From the NCBI GenBank assembly GCA_947479075.1, contig CANJZR010000001.1, positions 1 to 35,680 on the forward strand: DNA of 35,680 nt. The letters are read 5' to 3'. Every line of letters begins with the position of its first letter. Within the stretch, counting starts at the first letter, position 1. The position numbers and the translations under genes are program-made. The notes under the pieces were generated by a model. It was not told the origin of the DNA and ran no database searches. It saw only the letters and a program-made list of their open reading frames with translations. Positions 29,796 to 35,680 of the stretch are shown here, piece by piece. Source of the stretch: Planctomycetaceae bacterium. Lineage in GTDB: Bacteria > Planctomycetota > Planctomycetia > Planctomycetales > Planctomycetaceae.

Positions 29796-29835
29796 AACAC
29801 GCTCGGGTGAACTTCACCCGAGCGTGTTTCTTTTC
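29796..29835 (+). terminator. Strong rho-independent terminator of the atp operon
   Basis: AACACGCTCGGGTGAA (29796-29811) is perfectly complementary to TTCACCCGAGCGTGTT (29813-29828). A T-rich TCTTTTC run follows. Confidence 0.85.
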
Positions 29836-29852
29836 ATCCGGAGAGGATTGCA

Positions 29853-30416
29853 TTATCGCGGGGCCGACTGGCGTGCCTTCCACTCGGGGAGTGACCAGAT
29901 TCCGACTCCAAGTCGTTGAGCCTCCCGCTCCGCCTCCAAAAACATCCGGCGGCGATCGCTGCGAATCGGAAAGGTCACGATGGCCGGGCTCATTCCCTGC
30001 TGGATCAATTCGCGATTCAGCATCCGCCCATCCGGCAAGTAAACGTATGCCAGCACGCGACGGTAGTTGTCCAACCGTTCGCGATCGTACTCCAGGATCA
30101 CCGATCCTTTGTTGATCAATGATTGCGTGAATGCGTACGCCTCGGGTCCCAGGGGCTCGGCCTCGCGGTCAGGATGCTTGGTTTCCGGGGTGTTCACCCC
30201 CAGCAGTCGAACGCGGTGCCCATCTTCGAGCAACAGCGTATCGCCATCGACCACTCGCGCCACAGCCACTGGCTGCCCAGCCGGCGGAAGCAGGCTCTCG
30301 ATACGTGTCGTAGCCACACGCCAGGCGACCAGTGCCGACGCCACGACAGCCAAAACGAATGCCGCAGAGGGCCAACGCCGTTTGACTCGTGATCTGCGGA
30401 GCGAGAAGACGGCCAT
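29853..30416 (-). CDS. Membrane-anchored or secreted thermonuclease (staphylococcal nuclease, SNase family)
   Basis: VVDGDTLLLEDGHRVRLLGVNTPE...NYRRVLAYVYL...LNRELIQQG matches the SNase core. There is an N-terminal hydrophobic anchor (AAFVLAVVASALVAW). Confidence 0.85.
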   Translation of the reverse strand: MAVFSLRRSRVKRRWPSAAFVLAVVASALVAWRVATTRIESLLPPAGQPVAVARVVDGDTLLLEDGHRVRLLGVNTPETKHPDREAEPLGPEAYAFTQSLINKGSVILEYDRERLDNYRRVLAYVYLPDGRMLNRELIQQGMSPAIVTFPIRSDRRRMFLEAEREAQRLGVGIWSLPEWKARQSAPR

Positions 30417-30483
30417 GTTCCCGGCTCGCTCCGTAATTCAGACTGCGGCAACTCAGAACTGGCGGCCCCGGATTCTCTTCCGA

Positions 30484-30786
30484 TCAGTTCGGGCTGATGT
30501 TAAACCGCTTATGCGTGTCGCGAGACAATGGGTCTTTCTCGAAGCGACGGGTGCATCCCGTGCACAGATCCAGCTTGACTGATTTGGTGATTGGTTCGGG
30601 CAATTTGAACTCGACCGTGGAATCCATCAGCGAGATTTCATCCGCGATCTGCTGAAGGTTGTCCTGGTCGAGGTCAGCTGCCGTCAGTTGTGCCTCTGTG
30701 TCGGACACACGGCGGATCTCGATTTGAACCGCATACCGTTGTCCGTTGATCACGCGCCCGCACTGGTCGCATGTGTATTGAATCAT
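30484..30786 (-). CDS. Small hypothetical protein with two CxxC pairs (zinc-ribbon-like)
   Basis: CDQC sits at residues 6-9 and CTGC near residue 75. The ATG at 30786 has AGGAC upstream. It lies 68 nt upstream of the nuclease gene on the same strand. I recognise no family. Confidence 0.6.
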   Translation of the reverse strand: MIQYTCDQCGRVINGQRYAVQIEIRRVSDTEAQLTAADLDQDNLQQIADEISLMDSTVEFKLPEPITKSVKLDLCTGCTRRFEKDPLSRDTHKRFNISPN

Positions 30787-30819
30787 ATCGCCGAGTCCTG
30801 AGGTCCCCGAGGGGCGGGG

Positions 30820-31101
30820 ATGGATTCGAGCTTCGAAGTTATTCGGAGCGTCGAGAGGGATGCCCAGCAGTCCATTGCCGACAGTCGTCGAAAAGCATTT
30901 GAGGCTTCACGACACACAGTCACTTACAGAATCGATTTAACCACAAAGGGGCCCGCGAGTGAAGGGTTCACCCGAGAGATTTTGAATGACTCAATCGCGG
31001 TGATGCCGAGAGGAGTCTGGCAGACTTGCATGTCACTCAATGTGTCCCTACTGCGACTCAATAGACAGGTCCGATATGACTCGAAGTCTGGAGCGGCATA
31101 A
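30820..31101 (+). CDS. Doubtful 93-aa ORF in a 345-nt spacer
   Basis: This is the only ORF in the spacer. Its codon third-position GC looks lower than in neighbouring genes, it uses rare codons (AGA, AGG, TTA, CTA), and I recognise no motif. Confidence 0.2.
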   Translation: MDSSFEVIRSVERDAQQSIADSRRKAFEASRHTVTYRIDLTTKGPASEGFTREILNDSIAVMPRGVWQTCMSLNVSLLRLNRQVRYDSKSGAA

Positions 31102-31131
31102 TCGCCGGAGAGCTCATAAGCCAGACATTCA

Positions 31132-32001
31132 TCAGTGATGGGCCAGCCAGATGTCGGTCACGCCGAGCACCAGAATCCCGACGCTGATCGCCGCGTTCAC
31201 ATGAAAGAAGGCTGTGTTCACGCGGCTCAGATCATCGGGCCGCACCAGCGAGTGTTCATAGATCAGCAGCAACGTCAATACGATTACGCCGACCAGAAAC
31301 ACATTGCCCAGTGGTGCATACCTCCACAGCGCGAACAGTGAGAGCACTGTCAGCAGGTGACTGAACGCGGCGATTTTGAGAGCAGCTGGAATCCCCACGC
31401 GGGCCGGAATACTCGACAGACCTCTTTGACGATCGAAGTCGGCGTCCTGTGTCGCATACAGGATGTCGAACCCTCCGACCCAGAAGAAAATCACCGCGGC
31501 GAGCAACACCGGTGGCAATTCGATCGTTCCCCGAATTGCGATCCACGCAGCGATCGGCGAGAGCATCAACGCGGCACTGAGCCAGTAATGGCACAGCGAC
31601 GTGAACCGTTTCGCATACGAATACCCAAACAGGAACAACAACACCGGCACCGACAGAATGAGCGGCCAGCGATTTGGCAGGAAGACCAGCGTCGTCGCGA
31701 CGAAGCCGATCGAACAGAGTGCGATGAACATCGCAACCGCCCGTGGCGTCAGCAACCCGGCGGGGATGTGCCGACGCACAGTACGCGGATTCGCCGCATC
31801 CACATCGCGATCGACCAGACGGTTAAATGCCATGGCAGCTGAGCGGGCGAGTACCATACAGACCAGGATGCCGACCAGATCGCGAACGCGAAATGGCGTC
31901 TTCTGCCAGGCCAGTGCCGCCGAGAGTAATGCAAACGGCAGCGCAAACACGGTATGGCTGAAGCGAATCAGTTCCAGAAAATGTCGAACGCGATCAAACA
32001 T
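31132..32001 (-). CDS. UbiA-family aromatic prenyltransferase (4-hydroxybenzoate polyprenyltransferase-like; possibly a menaquinone/futalosine-pathway MqnP type)
   Basis: The first Asp-rich motif is NRLVDRDVDAANPRT and the second is YATQDADFDRQRG. There are about 8 TM helices. The N-terminus (LELIRFSHTVFALPFALL) is typical of the UbiA-like subgroup. Confidence 0.85.
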   Translation of the reverse strand: MFDRVRHFLELIRFSHTVFALPFALLSAALAWQKTPFRVRDLVGILVCMVLARSAAMAFNRLVDRDVDAANPRTVRRHIPAGLLTPRAVAMFIALCSIGFVATTLVFLPNRWPLILSVPVLLFLFGYSYAKRFTSLCHYWLSAALMLSPIAAWIAIRGTIELPPVLLAAVIFFWVGGFDILYATQDADFDRQRGLSSIPARVGIPAALKIAAFSHLLTVLSLFALWRYAPLGNVFLVGVIVLTLLLIYEHSLVRPDDLSRVNTAFFHVNAAISVGILVLGVTDIWLAHH

Positions 32002-32195
32002 GAGTGGCGATCAGTTCCAGGTGAGTCGCAGTCCTCGGGACACACTCCACGTCTCCCGCATTGGCCGCACTGACGAGGTTCTCAGAGTCGTGATCGGCAT
32101 GCAATGGAGACCTTCGAAATGAGAAACGGTCGGTGTGTTCCGTTGGGACCACACCGACCGCTTTGACTTCTTCAATGAATTGAATCCATCTCCGA

Positions 32196-32537
32196 TTAAC
32201 GAGCAGCGCTCTCGCCCTGGACCCGCTTGCGGATATCGGTTTCCAATCGTCCGAAGACCTGCTCATGACGCTGAACCGTCGCTGCCAGCAGAGCTGCCAG
32301 ACGCTTGGCGGTGAAGTGATTGAGGATCACGCGTTGTGAGACGCGGACCTTCTGAACTCCTGCGCCCATCGGATTGGGATTCAGTGCCAGGTCGAGGATC
32401 ACCTCTTCCGGAGTGCTGGAGACCCGGCACAGATTGGAGTACAGGCCATCGACACCGGAATCGTCGAGTTCAATACGAACCTGACCTTCTTGTTCCTGGG
32501 GGGCGGCGGTCGGTGGATTCAGAGGATTATCAGCCAT
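32196..32537 (-). CDS. DUF3467 domain-containing protein
   Basis: [22 protein letters not shown]...[28 protein letters not shown] matches my recollection of the DUF3467 pattern (YaN..v..t.eEf.lDf ... AKrL...L). Confidence 0.75.
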   Translation of the reverse strand: MADNPLNPPTAAPQEQEGQVRIELDDSGVDGLYSNLCRVSSTPEEVILDLALNPNPMGAGVQKVRVSQRVILNHFTAKRLAALLAATVQRHEQVFGRLETDIRKRVQGESAAR

Positions 32538-32862
32538 GCGTGCCTCGAAAGAAGAGGGTTGAGAGGAGTGCTGTTCTTATAGCAAGATGGATGGTCTCCT
32601 CAAGGCCGATTTCTAAACCAGTGATTATTTCGCCCCTTGAACTCAAACTCGCTGTTCAGATGGGTAGCCTGCGTAAATTTCCCCCGAATGTCTTACACGC
32701 CGACGCATTTCGCGATACCTGCTCACAAACTCGGTGTTAATACTCGTACCCGCGAAAGAGAGTGCAGCGATCCAGGCTACTGCGCCTGACTCAGAGGAAG
32801 TCTCTCTGACATCCGCAGCTGTAAGAGGTCCCTCCATGGCGGTGAGTTTTGGAGTTGATGTC

Positions 32863-33894
32863 ATGTTCGTCCGCTCTTGCTGGTCGTGTCGACCGAAGAC
32901 AATCCTGGTGTGTTGTCTCACTGTACTAACGCTTTGCTGCTTGAGCAGTTCATTGCCCGCAGAAGGTGCTAAGAGTGGGGGATACGATCCGTTGACGCCC
33001 CTCCTGACGGAGCAGGTCGACATCATCGACCTGACAGTCCACGACGAGGCCCGCAAACGCGACATCCCGATTCGCATTTACCGCTGTGATTCGCTCAAGT
33101 CAGCTCCAGTTGTGCTGTTCAGCCATGGCCTCGGTGGCTCGCGCGAGATGGGGCCATACCTGGGTAAACACTGGGCCACCTGCGGGTATGTGGCCGTCTT
33201 CCTGCAACATCCCGGGAGTGACACGTCGGTCTGGAAGGGGAAGCGTCCTCGCGAAATCATGAATGCCATGCGGGAGGCCGCCAATGCCGAGAACTTTCTG
33301 CTCCGGGCTCAAGATGTCCCCGCCGTGCTGAACCAGCTGGAGAAGTGGAATGCCGACTCGTCCCACCAGCTGCACGGAGTGTTCGACTTGACTCGGGTCG
33401 GTATGTCGGGGCATTCATTTGGAGCGATGACGACACAGGCGGTCAGCGGGCAGGGCCGTCCCCGTGCGAATGGAAAGTTGACCGAACCTCGCATTAAGGC
33501 TGCACTGCCGATGAGCCCGAGCTCTCCGTCTGTGGGTGATCCCCAGACCGCCTTCAGTCAGGTGCAGATTCCCTGGTTGATAATGACCGGCACAAACGAT
33601 GTTTCGGCCATCGGGGGCCAGACCGTGGAGTCGCGGCTGGCTGTGTACCCCGCGTTACCTCCGGGGCACAAGTATGAGCTGGTGCTCGACAAGGCAGAGC
33701 ACTCGGCCTTCACTGACCGGTCACTGCCCGGCGAACGGGCAGAGAGAAACCCCAACCATCACCGGGTGATCCTGGCCCTGAGCACCGCATTCTGGGATGC
33801 CTATTTGAAGGGCGACAAACAGGCCCAGACCTGGCTCGATGGCGACGCTCCACGCTCGGTCATGGAGAAGGCCGACCGCTGGCAGAAGAAATAG
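32863..33894 (+). CDS. Secreted alpha/beta hydrolase, PAF-acetylhydrolase / dienelactone-hydrolase-like (COG4188)
   Basis: PVVLFSHGLGGS, the nucleophile elbow GMSGHSFGA, MTGTNDV (Asp) and AEHSAF (His). The ATG at 32863 has GGAG 8 nt upstream and yields a signal peptide (MFVRSCWSCRPKTILVCCLTVLTLCCLSS). Confidence 0.8.
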   Translation: MFVRSCWSCRPKTILVCCLTVLTLCCLSSSLPAEGAKSGGYDPLTPLLTEQVDIIDLTVHDEARKRDIPIRIYRCDSLKSAPVVLFSHGLGGSREMGPYLGKHWATCGYVAVFLQHPGSDTSVWKGKRPREIMNAMREAANAENFLLRAQDVPAVLNQLEKWNADSSHQLHGVFDLTRVGMSGHSFGAMTTQAVSGQGRPRANGKLTEPRIKAALPMSPSSPSVGDPQTAFSQVQIPWLIMTGTNDVSAIGGQTVESRLAVYPALPPGHKYELVLDKAEHSAFTDRSLPGERAERNPNHHRVILALSTAFWDAYLKGDKQAQTWLDGDAPRSVMEKADRWQKK

Positions 33895-34095
33895 CTGGTC
33901 TAATACAACCTCTTCACTCCCGACTGCCTTGCCCATCCTCGACATCAAGAGGGCCGCGGAAGCCGCATCAGGATCGAACCGGAACGAGACACCACTGATT
34001 CCAGAGTCAACACATCCCGCGAATTGACATCGCGTCGATGCAGCGAGACGATGAGTGGACTACGCTCCGCGTATCGCCCTCATCGGAGAGATCAA

Positions 34096-35523
34096 ATGTT
34101 GCTGGTTGATGCCGTTTCGCAGTTGGTTCGCAATTCACGTGTGAAGTCTCTGTGTCTGGGGCTGGCAGCATTGAGTCTGATCGCAGCTGCGGGAGAGGCC
34201 TCGGACTGGAAGGCCGGAGTTGCCAAAGCCGATATCACACCCGACAAACCAATGTGGATGTCCGGCTATGCTTCTCGCGATCATCGTGCGGAAGCCACTC
34301 GAACAAAGCTGTGGGGTAAGGTTCTCGTACTGGAAGATGGCCGGGGTGAACGGGTCGTGGCGATCACGCTCGATCTGGTCGGGATCGATCTAGCGACATC
34401 CAACGCATTGAGAGCGAGGATTGAGAAAGAGCATGGATTCGATCGTTCCCGAATCGCGCTGCTCTGCTCGCATACGCATTGCGGCCCGGTTGTGGGCAGC
34501 AACCTGCTGTCGATGTACCTCCTCTCCGACGAAGATCAACAGCTGATTACTGAGTATGCCGCAACACTGATTGATGAACTCGTCGTGGCGGTCGGGCAGG
34601 CCAAATCGGATCTGGCTCCGGCGGAACTCACGTGGGGGAACGGACACACGGACTTCGCCGTGAATCGCCGGACGAACAAGGAGGCGGAGGTTCCCGCACT
34701 GCGGGCTGCGGGGCAGCTGCTGGGGCCCAGTGATCACGATGTGCCGGTGCTGAAGGTGAAATGCGGGGACTCGCTGAAGGCGCTCGTGTTCGGGTATGCC
34801 TGTCACTCGACGACACTGTCATTCTTCGAGTGGTGTGGAGACTACCCCGGCTATGCCATGATCGATGTCGAGGAGAAGAATCCTGGAACGCTGGCGATGT
34901 TCTGGGCGGGTTGTGGTGCCGACCAGAACCCACTCCCTCGCCGCACTGTCGAACTGGCCCAGGAATATGGAAACAAGCTCGCCACTGCGGTCCAGACGGC
35001 GGTGTCCGAGTCGACTCAACCGATCACAGGCAATCTCGATGTTCGTTATGAAGAGCCGGAGATTGGCTTCGACAAGATGTTGACCAAAGAGCAGATCGAG
35101 GCGAACTTAACATCCTCAGACCGTTACGAAGTCGGACGGGCGAAACTGCTGAAGAAAGAGATCGAGACGACTGGCCAGCTGCGCCCGAGTTATGCATACC
35201 CAGTGCAGACGTGGAAGCTTGGCGATGGCCCGCTGTGGGTGATCCTGGGGGGCGAAGTTGTGGTCGACTACGCAATCCGGTTGAAGACAGAAATCCGCAT
35301 GCAGACGGGCATGAAGCCAGTCTGGGTTGCGGGGTATGCGAATGATGTCATGGCCTACATCCCCTCGCTGCGCGTCCTGAAGGAAGGTGGCTACGAAGGG
35401 GAATATGCCATGCTGTATTACGGCCGCCCGGGCATCTGGGCCGAGAACGTGGAAGAGATCATCGTGGGCAAGGTTCACGAACAGGTGCAGTCCATGCTGG
35501 GCTCGAAGGCTCCCGCGAAATAA
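34096..35523 (+). CDS. Neutral/alkaline non-lysosomal ceramidase N-terminal domain family protein
   Basis: GVAKADITPDKPMWMSGY, ...VVAITLDLVGI... and LLCSHTHCGPV parallel the conserved ADITP / GY / THTHSGP blocks of bacterial neutral ceramidases. The ATG at 34096 has GGAGAG 5 nt upstream, and a signal peptide follows. Confidence 0.75.
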   Translation: MLLVDAVSQLVRNSRVKSLCLGLAALSLIAAAGEASDWKAGVAKADITPDKPMWMSGYASRDHRAEATRTKLWGKVLVLEDGRGERVVAITLDLVGIDLATSNALRARIEKEHGFDRSRIALLCSHTHCGPVVGSNLLSMYLLSDEDQQLITEYAATLIDELVVAVGQAKSDLAPAELTWGNGHTDFAVNRRTNKEAEVPALRAAGQLLGPSDHDVPVLKVKCGDSLKALVFGYACHSTTLSFFEWCGDYPGYAMIDVEEKNPGTLAMFWAGCGADQNPLPRRTVELAQEYGNKLATAVQTAVSESTQPITGNLDVRYEEPEIGFDKMLTKEQIEANLTSSDRYEVGRAKLLKKEIETTGQLRPSYAYPVQTWKLGDGPLWVILGGEVVVDYAIRLKTEIRMQTGMKPVWVAGYANDVMAYIPSLRVLKEGGYEGEYAMLYYGRPGIWAENVEEIIVGKVHEQVQSMLGSKAPAK

Positions 35524-35587
35524 CGCGAAAATCTCCAACTTCCGCTGTCACCCTTCATAGCGTTGTGACCGGCCTAATGGGCTGGCC

Positions 35588-35680
35588 CTAATTCGGATCA
35601 CTCGTGCGGCGGGCGACCTCTTTGGCCTGCATGCGTTCCATCTTTTGATTCACGCGCGCAAAGTTCTTCAGCCAGGCATC
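35588..35680 (-). CDS. C-terminal 30 codons of an unidentified protein whose start lies beyond the right window edge
   Basis: My own minus-strand translation from the window edge reads DAWLKNFARVNQKMERMQAKEVARRTSDPN and then stops (TAG, complement of 35588-35590). It is too short to identify. Confidence 0.4.
   Translation of the reverse strand, partial: DAWLKNFARVNQKMERMQAKEVARRTSDPN

Noticed and set aside
31994-32266. The full 90-aa minus-strand ORF as listed in the track.
   Set aside because: Its first 70 nt overlap the 3' end of the well-supported DUF3467 gene in another frame. Only the downstream part is retained, as a low-interest finding.

Overview
This GC-rich 35.7-kb chromosomal segment reads as core, housekeeping bacterial DNA. 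Gene content suggests a Planctomycetota-type genome: DUF3467, an HTTM protein, a BNR sialidase, a ceramidase-like hydrolase, long spacers and frequent non-ATG or weak-SD starts. That placement is inference only.

I see no tRNA or rRNA genes, CRISPR array, transposase, integrase or prophage signature.

Gene order:
- Minus strand, left end: a >1210-aa membrane protein that runs off the left edge and is absent from the ORF track, then a CPBP intramembrane protease, bioA and an HtrA-like PDZ protease.
- Plus-strand block: sensor kinase, a CxxC membrane protein, an HTTM (vitamin-K carboxylase/SdpB-like) protein, an orphan receiver, an FHA protein and an M20 dipeptidase.
- Then a secreted GH33 sialidase (minus), ilvN-ilvC, rpsF-ssb, a polyprenyl-phosphate sugar transferase and an HGSNAT-like acyltransferase.
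- A complete F-type ATP synthase operon: atpZ-I-B-E-F-H-A-G-D-C.
- Right end: a thermonuclease, a CxxC zinc-ribbon protein, a UbiA prenyltransferase, DUF3467, a PAF-acetylhydrolase-like lipase and a neutral-ceramidase-like protein.

I found no convincing self-contained novel system. The best leads are:
1. The CxxC-protein/HTTM gene pair embedded in signalling genes.
2. A repeat family seen twice, made of inverted arrays of TCAG heptads placed right after the ilvC and atpG stop codons.
3. Unusual His-rich and signal-peptide-like extensions on ATP synthase subunits a, b and c.
4. The large orphan membrane protein next to the CPBP protease.

Many very long ORFs antisense to real genes are treated as compositional shadows. 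Several start codons were moved downstream of the ORF-track maxima, because the track counts TTG and GTG as M.
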